Shown piece by piece: positions 43,314-52,161 of a stretch of 64,000 nt of DNA. The position numbers and the translations under genes are program-made. Under the pieces are notes generated by a model. It did not search any database and had not been told where the DNA came from. It saw nothing but the letters and a program-made list of their open reading frames with translations. The stretch's first letter is position 1; each line of letters starts with the position of its first letter. Origin of the DNA: Burkholderiales bacterium (GTDB lineage Bacteria; Pseudomonadota; Gammaproteobacteria; Burkholderiales; SG8-41); contig DATLEF010000174.1 in the NCBI GenBank assembly GCA_035525455.1, forward strand, positions 7,254 to 71,253. The letters are read 5' to 3'.

Positions 43314-45434
43314 TCACACGAGCGCCGAGATGAGGCGCTCGCGCGTGAAGGGCATATCCCGCAATCGCACTTTCAGCGCGTTGTAACACGCGTTGCCGAT
43401 CGCTGCTGCCGTGGGTCCCTGCATGCCCTCTCCCGCGCCTAGCGGCGGAAGCTCCGGGCGATCGATGAATGCAACCTCGATGTTGGGCACTTCCGGAAAT
43501 GTGAGTATCGGATATGTATCCCAATTGCGCGTCGTTACGGAATGTCGGTCGTAATCGATACGCTCCTTCAGCGTCCAGCTTATCGTCTGCACGATGCCGC
43601 CTTCGATCTGATTGACCACACCGTCTGAATTGATCACCTGGCCCACGTCTACCGCTGCCCAAGCGCGCGTGACTCGTACCATTTCCGCGACGGCGACTTC
43701 GACGATCACAGCGGCATAGCAGCCGAGATTCTTGTAACGCGCAAAGCCGATCCCGCGGCCGTGTTCGCCGTCCCCGTGCTCGCGCGGCCGCCAATCGGCC
43801 ATTGCTGCCGCCTTCTCGATCACTGCTCGCGCCCGGGCATCCTTGAGGTGGCGCAGGCGGAATTCGACGGGATCGGCGTCCGCAGCCTGCGCGAGCTCAT
43901 CCATGAACGACTCGATCGCGAACACGTTCACGTGACCGCCCAGCGATCGCAATGCCGAAGTGCGAAGCGGCGCGGCGCGTACAAGATGGTTGGTCACACG
44001 TTGCTGCGGAAAATCGTAAAGCGGCGCGGCATTGCGATGGCTGCCGCCGGCCGGCAATGGCGGATTAGCTGGACGCGCAGCGGTGACGGGCTTGGCAAGA
44101 TGCCAAGCCGCGAGCAGATTCACGCCGCCTTTGCCTCCCGGACGCGTGCTGTGGGCGTGGCTCCACAATTCATGCGCCCATGTCGCAACGCCACCGTCGG
44201 CGCCGAGTGTGGCCTGCATGCGCACCACCATCGGCGAGCCGAACGGTTCCCAGGCGAACTCGTCTTCGCGCATCCACTGTACGCGCACGGGCCGCTCCGG
44301 CAACGCACGCGCGAACAGCACTGCGTCGCACGCCACGTCGTCCGCGGCGTTGTGACCATAGCATCCCGCGCCTTCCATATGCACGACATCAAATGCGTTT
44401 TCTGAAATGCCGAGCGCTGAAGCAAGATCCGCCCGCAACGGAAATATTCCCTGGCTGTGGGTCCACAGCGTATATCGAGCCTGACTGAATTGCGCCACCG
44501 CGCACGAGGGGCCAAGCGAAGCATGAGCAATATGAGGACGCGTGAACTCGGCGGTGAAAACGCGCGCATCCGGCGCTGCGCCGCCGGCGCCTTTTTCGCT
44601 CACCACTTCCTCTTCGCTTACGCACTCGAGCAAATAACGCGGGTCGCTCGCCGGTAACGCGCCGCCGCCGTGCCAGCGCGCAACGCGCTCGAGCCGGCGG
44701 GCCGCACGGATCGCCTGCTCTTCGCGCTCGGCGATGACGCCGAGGAACGAGCCGTCGCGCACGATTTTGATCACGCCCTGCATCGTCTCGACTTCGTGCA
44801 CTTCGACGCTGTCGAGCTGCATACCCGGGCCCGGCGGCCGCACGACGCGCGCGTGCACCATGCGCGGCAAATCGAGATCGTGCACATACACCGGATCTCC
44901 ACGCACTTTGGCGGGAATATCGATGCGGTCGAGTCGCCGGCCAACCAGCCAATAGTCCTCAGCGGGTTTCGGCTGAGTGGCGGTGCTTGCGTCGCGCCTG
45001 AGCAGCGATTCGTCGGCGAGCTCCCAGTAGGTGACGCTTCCGCCGGCGCGCGCCGTGATTACGCCGTCTTTGACCGAGAGCTGCTCCACCGACACGTCGA
45101 GCTTTGCCGCTGCACGCGCAAGCAGGAGCTCGCGCGCTTCAGCAGCCGCAAAACGCAGCGCAATACCGCTTTCCTGGATCGAGCGGCTGCCGGAGGTGAT
45201 ACCTTCGTTGGGACTCAACGGAGTCGCCGCGCCGACGAGCCGGATACGCTCGGGACCGATATCGAGCTCTTCGGCCACGATCTGCACCAGCGCAGTCAGT
45301 ATTCCTTGTCCGATCTCGACTTTGCCCGGCCGAACCGTGACCGTGCCATCGGCGTTGATTGCGAGCCACAGATCGAGCGCCGGATTCGTCTCGAGGCTGC
45401 CGGGCAGTTTGCGCGGGGCTGGAGCGACGCTCAT
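43314..45434 (-). CDS. xanthine-dehydrogenase-family molybdopterin-binding subunit (IorB-like, no Tat leader)
   Basis: 706 aa. N-terminus ...INADGTVTVRPGKVEIGQGILTAL.... Moco-binding domain motifs. ATGA overlap with the upstream 2Fe-2S gene. Confidence 0.85.
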   Translation of the reverse strand: MSVAPAPRKLPGSLETNPALDLWLAINADGTVTVRPGKVEIGQGILTALVQIVAEELDIGPERIRLVGAATPLSPNEGITSGSRSIQESGIALRFAAAEARELLLARAAAKLDVSVEQLSVKDGVITARAGGSVTYWELADESLLRRDASTATQPKPAEDYWLVGRRLDRIDIPAKVRGDPVYVHDLDLPRMVHARVVRPPGPGMQLDSVEVHEVETMQGVIKIVRDGSFLGVIAEREEQAIRAARRLERVARWHGGGALPASDPRYLLECVSEEEVVSEKGAGGAAPDARVFTAEFTRPHIAHASLGPSCAVAQFSQARYTLWTHSQGIFPLRADLASALGISENAFDVVHMEGAGCYGHNAADDVACDAVLFARALPERPVRVQWMREDEFAWEPFGSPMVVRMQATLGADGGVATWAHELWSHAHSTRPGGKGGVNLLAAWHLAKPVTAARPANPPLPAGGSHRNAAPLYDFPQQRVTNHLVRAAPLRTSALRSLGGHVNVFAIESFMDELAQAADADPVEFRLRHLKDARARAVIEKAAAMADWRPREHGDGEHGRGIGFARYKNLGCYAAVIVEVAVAEMVRVTRAWAAVDVGQVINSDGVVNQIEGGIVQTISWTLKERIDYDRHSVTTRNWDTYPILTFPEVPNIEVAFIDRPELPPLGAGEGMQGPTAAAIGNACYNALKVRLRDMPFTRERLISALV

Positions 45435-45895
45435 GTCGGCGCTCCTTCACCGGCAGAACGGATCGCGCGCAACATACGCGTATGCGTGCCGCACCGGCAG
45501 AGGTTTCCCGCAAGCGCGGCGCGGATCTCGTCCTCGCGCGGATGCGGGTTTACGTCGAGCAACGCTTTTGCCGTCATGATGATGCCGCTTACGCAATAGC
45601 CGCATTGCGCGGCCTGCTCGGCTATGAACGCGCGCTGCAGCGGGTGCGGCCGATCCGGCGTTCCTATGCCTTCGATCGTCGTGATCGACTTTCCCGCGAC
45701 GGCGCTCACCGGTACATCGCATGACTGCACCGCTTTGCCATCGACGATGACCATGCACGCGCCGCACAAACCCTGTCCGCAGCCAAAGCGCGAGCCTTTC
45801 AGCCTGAGGTCGTTGCGCAGCACATAGAGAAGCGGCGTTTCCGGTTCGGCCGCGACCGTATGGGCCGCCCCGTTCACATGGATTACGAGCGACAT
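45431..45895 (-). CDS. (2Fe-2S)-binding small subunit
   Basis: 154 aa. GCGQGLCGACMV and CGYCVSG...CRCGTH motifs. Confidence 0.85.
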   Translation of the reverse strand: MSLVIHVNGAAHTVAAEPETPLLYVLRNDLRLKGSRFGCGQGLCGACMVIVDGKAVQSCDVPVSAVAGKSITTIEGIGTPDRPHPLQRAFIAEQAAQCGYCVSGIIMTAKALLDVNPHPREDEIRAALAGNLCRCGTHTRMLRAIRSAGEGAPT

Positions 45896-46065
45896 GCCTT
45901 ACCTCCGGATGACTCCCGCCGCGGGCGGGCTGCATTGAATTCGCGAAAAAACAGGGCCTTAAATCGAGAGCGCCCAACCGCTGCCGGCGGCCTTCGCGCG
46001 GCCTCGTTTTTTGTTTTTTTTAGGTCTATACTGGACGCGTCAAGTCGGTATGGAGGAACACGCCC

Positions 46066-46275
46066 ATGATACATACCACCGACGGTGAAGTGCTCCGCAG
46101 CCGGATCGATCAACTGCACCTGGAGCACCGAGACCTCGATGACGTCATTTCCCGCCTTTCGCAAAGCCCAGTACAAGATCAGATACAGCTGCAACGGCTC
46201 AAGAAACGCAAGCTTTACCTCAAAGACCAGATCGCCCACCTCGAACGCCAGTTGACGCCGGATATTTCGGCGTAG
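46066..46275 (+). CDS. DUF465 (YdcH-like) small coiled-coil protein
   Basis: 69 aa. LHLEHRDLDDVI...LQRLKKRKLYLKDQI matches the DUF465 signature. Confidence 0.75.
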   Translation: MIHTTDGEVLRSRIDQLHLEHRDLDDVISRLSQSPVQDQIQLQRLKKRKLYLKDQIAHLERQLTPDISA

Positions 46276-46326
46276 CTCACCAGCACGTCAGTCCGCAGGT
46301 ACCACGCGGGCGGCGTGCTGCATATC

Positions 46327-46851
46327 CTACGACTCTTCGCGCAACGCTTCAGGCGCTGCCGGCTTGCGCGCGCGCAATGCCACGGCCAGCGCGAAGAGCG
46401 CGATCGCGATGAGCCACAGCAAAGACCATTCTGCGATACTCAGGCCGAGGAAACGCCAGCCGACTTCGGCGCATTCGCCCGATCCTGCGAAGACCTTCTG
46501 CAGCGCCTGACCGAGCGGGAAGCGCTCCAGCAAATATTCCAGACCCGGACCGCAGGCAGGCACCTTATGCGCCGGCAGGTGCTGCAGCCATACCTGACGG
46601 CCGGCAACTGCCGCGCCAATTCCGGCAACGACCACGATAACGGCACTGTAAAAGATAGTGCCGCGACGGGCAGGACCGTGCAGCGCGCCGGCCAGAAACA
46701 CCACCATGATGCCGATGAATGCAATGCGCTGAAGCATACACAGCGGACACGGCTCCTGATGCTCCACATACTGCAGATAGAGCGCAAACGCGAGCAACGC
46801 CGCACACGTCACAAATCCTAACGCGTAAGCCACACGCGGGGTCACGGGCAA
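46327..46851 (-). CDS. dsbB: disulfide bond formation protein B
   Basis: The C-terminal part of a longer track ORF. CPLC redox pair (QEPCPLCMLQRIAF), a second Cys pair (PACGPG...GECAEV) and 4 TM helices. The start is uncertain (TTG at 46851 or GTG at 46845) and was chosen for homolog-like length. Confidence 0.75.
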   Translation of the reverse strand: MPVTPRVAYALGFVTCAALLAFALYLQYVEHQEPCPLCMLQRIAFIGIMVVFLAGALHGPARRGTIFYSAVIVVVAGIGAAVAGRQVWLQHLPAHKVPACGPGLEYLLERFPLGQALQKVFAGSGECAEVGWRFLGLSIAEWSLLWLIAIALFALAVALRARKPAAPEALREES

Positions 46852-47008
46852 AATCTCAAGCGCATCGGCGGGATCAGAATAGCAGACCGGTCCATCGCTA
46901 CATTGCGAGCGGGTAGTCCTGATAACATCGTTTATTCTAACCGATGGGCGATAAACAGCAGGGCGCTCCATGACGCGGTACCGTATGCACGTGACCGAAG
47001 CGTGATCG

Positions 47009-47434
47009 ATGATAAAGGTGAACGACCAGATCGCGATCGACGAATCGGAGATCGAGGAGCGGTTCGTGCGCGCGTCGGGGCCCGGCGGCCAGAATGTCAA
47101 CAAGGTCGCGACCGCAGTGCAGCTGCGCTTCGACGCAGCTAATTCAACCTCGCTGCCTGCTGGAATACGCACGCGCGTATTGCGTCTCGCCGGAACGCGT
47201 GCGACGGCGAGCGGTCAGATCGTGATCACCGCCGATCGCTTTCGCTCCCAGAGCCGCAATCGTGCCGATGCGCTCGCACGCCTGGTCGAGCTCGTGCGCA
47301 AAGCAGCGCGCCCAGTCAAGCCGCGCCGCGCTACGGCACCCACGCGCGCGTCACGCGAGCGCCGGCTCGAAGAAAAAAAACGTAGGGGCAGTCTCAAGCA
47401 AGCGCGGCGCGGGCGCTCTACGCTCAGCGATTAA
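47009..47434 (+). CDS. arfB: alternative ribosome-rescue factor ArfB (peptidyl-tRNA hydrolase, YaeJ)
   Basis: 141 aa. GGQ motif in RASGPGGQNVNKV. Basic C-terminal tail (RERRLEEKKRRGSLKQARR). Confidence 0.85.
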   Translation: MIKVNDQIAIDESEIEERFVRASGPGGQNVNKVATAVQLRFDAANSTSLPAGIRTRVLRLAGTRATASGQIVITADRFRSQSRNRADALARLVELVRKAARPVKPRRATAPTRASRERRLEEKKRRGSLKQARRGRSTLSD

Positions 47435-47524
47435 AACTTGCATGGCAGTGGCTCTCACGCTTTCGTGCGTACCGCGCCTGATAACATCGGTCGCGTCCAT
47501 CCGACGCCGGTGATTGACGTATCG

Positions 47525-48085
47525 ATGCAGCAGCCCCATCCCGCCTATACCCCCACCGCGATCGGCCTGCACTGGATCATCTTTTTTCTGATTGCGTGCG
47601 CGTGGCCGCTCGGTCAGTTCGTGTCCGGCCTGCCGTTTTCGCCGCAGAAGCTGCGCTTAATCGCATGGCACAAATGGATAGGCGTCACCGTTTTCATGCT
47701 GGCACTCCTGCGGCTCGCGTGGCGCCTTTATCGCCCGCCGCCACCGCTCCCGTTGAGCGATCTGCAGCGGCGCGCGGCAGGCGCCGTACATGCGTTGCTG
47801 TACGCGTTGATAATCCTGATCCCGATCAGCGGCTGGCTTTTCAGCTCGGCAGCGGGTGTGCCCACCGTCTACCTCGGCTTGATTCAATTGCCCGATCTTC
47901 TGCACAAAGACAAGGCGCTCGCGCAAACGCTCAACCAGGTACACGCGACGCTGAACTGGACGTTACTGGTGCTCGTATGCGGACATGCCGGGTTTGCGCT
48001 GAAGCATCACCTGGTCGATCGAGACGGCGTGCTCGTGCGCATGATCCCGCGACTCAAGGTCCGAAAATCAGAGAGTCCGTCATGA
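47525..48085 (+). CDS. cytochrome b561 family protein
   Basis: Trimmed to the ATG at 47525, giving 186 aa. TAIGLHWIIFFLI, HKWIGV and H...H heme-ligand spacing. ATGA overlap with yceI. Confidence 0.8.
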   Translation: MQQPHPAYTPTAIGLHWIIFFLIACAWPLGQFVSGLPFSPQKLRLIAWHKWIGVTVFMLALLRLAWRLYRPPPPLPLSDLQRRAAGAVHALLYALIILIPISGWLFSSAAGVPTVYLGLIQLPDLLHKDKALAQTLNQVHATLNWTLLVLVCGHAGFALKHHLVDRDGVLVRMIPRLKVRKSESPS

Positions 48086-48651
48086 AATGCAGCTCACTCG
48101 CCCTGATCGTTTTGTTTGGCTTCAATCCGCAAACAGTCCTGGCCCAGGCGATCGATTACGCGCGCAGCCAGATCACCGTCCAGTCGCGCCAGATGAATGT
48201 TCCTGTCGAAGCGCCGTTCACGAAATTCAACGCACAAATCGTGTTCGACCCGTTACGGCTGGAAGCATCCTCGGCACGCGTGGATATCGATCTTGCGAGC
48301 TTCGATATCGGCGATGCCGACGTGAACGAAAACGTCCGGGATCGCAACTGGTTCGACACGAAAAATCACCCGATTGCACGCTTTGTTTCCTCTTCGATAC
48401 GTTCTCTCGGAGGAGGCCGCTTTGAGGTGCGCGGACCGCTCACGATCAAAGGCAAGACACAGGAAGTCGCAGGACCGTTCACACTCAAGACGAATGGCGC
48501 CGACCGTGTTTTCGAAGGCGCTTTTGCAATACGCCGCCTGCAGTACAGCGTGGGCGACGGCGTGTGGCGCGATACGAGCGTCGTGGCCGACGAAGTGCAG
48601 GTCAAGTTCCGGCTATATCAGCTCGGGCAGAAGCCTGCGTCGAAGAAATGA
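48082..48651 (+). CDS. yceI: YceI-family periplasmic polyisoprenoid-binding protein
   Basis: ATG at 48082, giving 189 aa. Signal peptide MKCSSLALIVLFGFNPQTVLA/QA. YceI motifs (HPIARF, LTIKGKTQEV). The pairing with cytochrome b561 is classical. Confidence 0.85.
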   Translation: MKCSSLALIVLFGFNPQTVLAQAIDYARSQITVQSRQMNVPVEAPFTKFNAQIVFDPLRLEASSARVDIDLASFDIGDADVNENVRDRNWFDTKNHPIARFVSSSIRSLGGGRFEVRGPLTIKGKTQEVAGPFTLKTNGADRVFEGAFAIRRLQYSVGDGVWRDTSVVADEVQVKFRLYQLGQKPASKK

Positions 48652-48677
48652 GAACTTGGAGGTCGTAGGCGAAGCGC

Positions 48678-50879
48678 TCAAGCGCTCCGGATGGTCATTC
48701 GGTTCAACGTCACATAATCGGTTTTGCCGCTGCCGAGCAGGGGCAGCGACGCTACTTTCACGATGCGCCGGGCGACCGCCAGATCCTGTGCGCCGATCTG
48801 GCGCGCAGCTTCCACGAGCATCAGTCGATCGAGACGCGGATCGGTCGTAAAGAGAACCGTGCTTTCACCCCTACCGCTGATCTGCTCGACGGTGGCGGCG
48901 TGCTTGTGCTCGGACGATGCCGCATAGGCAATGCGCTCTACGAGCTCGAGCGATACCATTTCACCGGCTATTTTCGCGAAGCGCTTCACCCGTCCGAGTA
49001 TCGTCAAGTAACCGTCCTCGTCCACTTCGACCACGTCGCCGGTGTTGTACCAGCCTGTTCCCACTTCGGAGCGTGGCGGATGCAACACGCCCGGCTGCTC
49101 GTAGAAATAGTACCCGGTCATCAGATGGGGACTGCGGACGTGAAGCGCGCCGCCGCGCGCGATGCCGGCCACGGGGACGAGCCGCCACTCGACGCGCGGG
49201 AGGAACCGCCCAACGCTGCCTTCACGGTACGCGAGCGGCGTGTTCAGCGCGATCGTGGGTCCGCACTCGGTCGCGCCATATCCCTCCATGATGCGCAGCC
49301 CGAACTTCGTCGCCCACAACCTCTCGACCTCCGGATTGAGCTTTTCTCCGCCGGACACGACAACCCGCACGCGATAGAAATCGTACTCGTGCGCCTGGCG
49401 CGCATAGTGGCCGAGAAAAGTGCTGGTACCGAAGACATACGTGCAGTCCCGGGTGTACGCGAATTCGGGTATGAGACGATAGTGGAGCGGCGTCGTGTAC
49501 AAAAAAAGCCGCGTGCCGCTGAGTATCGGCATCAGGGTGCAGGCCGTGAGGCCGTAGGTGTGATACATCGGCAGCGCATTGAGGTACTTGTCGTTCGCGC
49601 CAAAGTCGATCACCGCGCGCATCTGCGCCATGTTCGCAAGCATGGAATCGTGTGAAATCGCGACTCCTTTGGAACGTGCCTCCGATCCGGACGTGAACAG
49701 TATGACCGCGACCGCAGCGGGATCCTGCTGCGGAAAAGACGAGCGCGGACGCAGCATTGCGCGCAGGATCCATAGCTTGTCGCGCGTGCGCAAGCTCATC
49801 CGCAAGTCTTCGAGATACACGAGATTCACGGACTGCAGGGCCCGCACGCTGGCCTCGAGGCGCGCGACCTGCACGAAACGGCGCGAGGTGATGACTGTTC
49901 GCACGCCCGCGGCGACGCACGCAGCGCTCATTGCCTCAGGCCCGGCGCTATAGTTGAGCATTGCAGCGACGCGGCGCATCGCCGTGAGCCCGAAAACGAG
50001 CGCAACGGTGGTCGAAAGATTCGGCAGCATGACGCCGACAATTTCGCCTTCTGCGCTCACGCGCGAGGTCAATCGCGCAAGCGCAAGCGCGGTTTTCAGC
50101 AGTGTTCCGTACGTCTCCGGCTGCTGCCGCGCGTCTTCGATGATCGGCGTCGAACGGCCATGCAGGGTTGCGGCGTCCAGCAAGGCCTCGAACAATGTCT
50201 GTTTGCGTCTCGCGTCGACCATCATCCGCTGCAGGATGGACAGCATTTCGTCCGCAAGAGCGCGCCGCCGCTGGCGGCCGCTGAGACCCGGTTTCATGGT
50301 TATTTCGACCGGAGCCTGCACGTGCAGCGTGACGCGCGGGAACCACCGCTTCGGTGCCGCGCCCCCGACTGCGGACCCATGCGAATACAGCGTTCCGCCG
50401 ATGTGCACCGGGACGATACGCGCGTCGCTGCGCGCCGCGATGAGCCCCGCTGAGTCGTAGATTTTCATCACGGTGCCGGTAGTCGAAACGCGACCCTGAG
50501 GAAAGATCGCCACCGTCTCGCCTCGCTGCACTTGCCGAACCAGACGCTTGAGGGCGAGTGGCCGCGAGGGATCGAGCACTACGAAATTCAGCGTGCGCCC
50601 GAACAGTCGCACGAGGGGGTTTCGCACCGCTTCCGGCGTGACCACGACGGTAGTCACTCGCGTGAGGAACAAACCGAGCAGCACCCCGTCGAATAGCGAG
50701 TCGTGATTCGCGACCACGAGTGTCCGACCCGCACCCAAGGCCCCGAGGTCGCCCTCCACCCGCACCCGCAGCAGCGCGCGCAAGCTTGAGCGCAAAAGCG
50801 TGCGTATCACTTTAACAATCGCTTTTAAGTATCTGAGTTTGTGCAGATAGCTTTTACTTTGTCTCGTTTCTGCCGTCAA
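48678..50879 (-). CDS. aas: bifunctional 2-acylglycerophosphoethanolamine acyltransferase / acyl-ACP synthetase (Aas)
   Basis: 733 aa, collinear with E. coli Aas as I remember it. HX4D acyltransferase motif NHDSLFD. IFPQGRVSTTG. AMP-binding ILFTSGSEARSKGV. YGATECGP. C-terminal PLLGSGKTDY. The track start is a TTG at 50879. A GTG at 50810 gives an N-terminus that matches the E. coli protein's length before RVRV(E/T)GD. Confidence 0.85.
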   Translation of the reverse strand: MTAETRQSKSYLHKLRYLKAIVKVIRTLLRSSLRALLRVRVEGDLGALGAGRTLVVANHDSLFDGVLLGLFLTRVTTVVVTPEAVRNPLVRLFGRTLNFVVLDPSRPLALKRLVRQVQRGETVAIFPQGRVSTTGTVMKIYDSAGLIAARSDARIVPVHIGGTLYSHGSAVGGAAPKRWFPRVTLHVQAPVEITMKPGLSGRQRRRALADEMLSILQRMMVDARRKQTLFEALLDAATLHGRSTPIIEDARQQPETYGTLLKTALALARLTSRVSAEGEIVGVMLPNLSTTVALVFGLTAMRRVAAMLNYSAGPEAMSAACVAAGVRTVITSRRFVQVARLEASVRALQSVNLVYLEDLRMSLRTRDKLWILRAMLRPRSSFPQQDPAAVAVILFTSGSEARSKGVAISHDSMLANMAQMRAVIDFGANDKYLNALPMYHTYGLTACTLMPILSGTRLFLYTTPLHYRLIPEFAYTRDCTYVFGTSTFLGHYARQAHEYDFYRVRVVVSGGEKLNPEVERLWATKFGLRIMEGYGATECGPTIALNTPLAYREGSVGRFLPRVEWRLVPVAGIARGGALHVRSPHLMTGYYFYEQPGVLHPPRSEVGTGWYNTGDVVEVDEDGYLTILGRVKRFAKIAGEMVSLELVERIAYAASSEHKHAATVEQISGRGESTVLFTTDPRLDRLMLVEAARQIGAQDLAVARRIVKVASLPLLGSGKTDYVTLNRMTIRSA

Positions 50880-51098
50880 ACCCGCGTACTAGAGTGTGTT
50901 GGTAACCCGCCACACCCACAGTTTGTGCATACAAAGTCCTTTAGCGCGAAGGACCACCATAGGTAGTGTTAGAGGCTATTCCTCAAGAAGAAAAGAGAAA
51001 TCTATCAATTTGTTAGATTTGCTTTTTAAGCAGTGCTGTCCTTTAATCTTCAACGAATAGTGTGAACTTATTCCTATAAAAGCCCGGAGATTACTCAC

Positions 51099-52028
51099 AT
51101 GGAAATGCGCATCCCTGCCGCCCTGCTCGATCCGCGCCAGCAGCCCGCCAGCACCCCCATTCCACGCGGTATCGAATTCTCGATATCTCCACAGCTGACG
51201 GCTCACTTCGATAAAGAGCAGCGCGCGATGTGGTCTCACTGGAGCGCCGAGCCGAGGCCTTGTTTCAATCCGAGCCTGTTGGCGGACATCCGCTCGTACT
51301 ACGAATTTCTTTCGCAAACGGACGGTCACGTCATGTGCGACGGAGAAGAGCATCCGCTCGAATACGTCGTGCTGGCCTCGGGCATGCAGGGCGTGTTCAA
51401 TCTCGGCGGCGATCTGGACCTCTTCAAACAACTCATCGGTGCGCACGACCGGTCGGGGCTGCAGCGCTACGGGCGCGCCTGCATCGACGTGCTGTTTCGC
51501 AATTACATCGCACATGAGCTGCCCGGCGTGACCACCATATCGCTCGTTCAGGGTGAATGCCTTGGAGGGGGCTTCGAGGCAGCGCTTTCGTCGGACGTGA
51601 TCGTGGCGGAAAAAAGCTCGCGATTCGGCTTCCCCGAGATCCTCTTCAATCTTTTTCCCGGCATGGGCGCGTATTCATTCCTCGACCGCAAGGTCGGACA
51701 AAAGGCCGCGGAGGCGATCATCACCAGCGGAAAGATCTACACCGCCGAGGAAATGCACGCACTGGGTGTCGTCGACGTCGTCGCCGAGGACGGCCAGGGT
51801 GAGGCGGAAGTCGCGGCGCTCATCAAGAAGCGCGCACGCATGCGCAATGGACTTTCAGCGCTCGCCGCGACCCGCCGTCGCGTGCATTCGATCACATTCG
51901 AAGAATTGCTAGACGTGGTCCAGATCTGGGTCGACGCGGCGCTGCGAGTGAACTTGAGGGATCTCAAGCTGATGCAGCGGCTGGTGTCGCGCCAGAACGG
52001 CATGAACGATCCGCAGCAGATGCATTAG
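51099..52028 (+). CDS. rpfF: crotonase-superfamily DSF-family signal synthase (RpfF / DfsA-like)
   Basis: 309 aa. EPRPCFN, FNLGGDL, GGGFEAAL (Glu160) and GFPEILFNLFPGMGAYS (Glu180). The two catalytic Glu are 20 residues apart, as in characterised RpfF. C-terminal DLKLMQRLVSRQN. Confidence 0.8.
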   Translation: MEMRIPAALLDPRQQPASTPIPRGIEFSISPQLTAHFDKEQRAMWSHWSAEPRPCFNPSLLADIRSYYEFLSQTDGHVMCDGEEHPLEYVVLASGMQGVFNLGGDLDLFKQLIGAHDRSGLQRYGRACIDVLFRNYIAHELPGVTTISLVQGECLGGGFEAALSSDVIVAEKSSRFGFPEILFNLFPGMGAYSFLDRKVGQKAAEAIITSGKIYTAEEMHALGVVDVVAEDGQGEAEVAALIKKRARMRNGLSALAATRRRVHSITFEELLDVVQIWVDAALRVNLRDLKLMQRLVSRQNGMNDPQQMH

Positions 52029-52161
52029 AGGAGATCGGTCCGGACGCCAAATCCGCAGTCGCCCGCGCGCCGAGGCTTTGATACACTCCCGCGCGAATCA
52101 GGCCCTATATTATGAGAGGCCGCTGACGCTGCAGTAAGGGCTCCGCTTATCTACGCAAGAT

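Noticed and set aside
46000-46035. T-rich run (cgttttttgttttttttagg) preceded by a weak GC hairpin, resembling a terminator
   Set aside because: It lies in a divergent promoter region with no upstream plus-strand gene to terminate. It is more likely an AT-rich UP-like element near a possible TATACT -10 for the DUF465 gene. The evidence is too weak to call either.
46917-47485. 13-mer cctgataacatcg present upstream of both arfB (about 46919) and the cytochrome b561 gene (about 47472)
   Set aside because: A single 13-nt repeat pair is expected by chance many times in 64 kb on two strands, and there is no additional structure around it.
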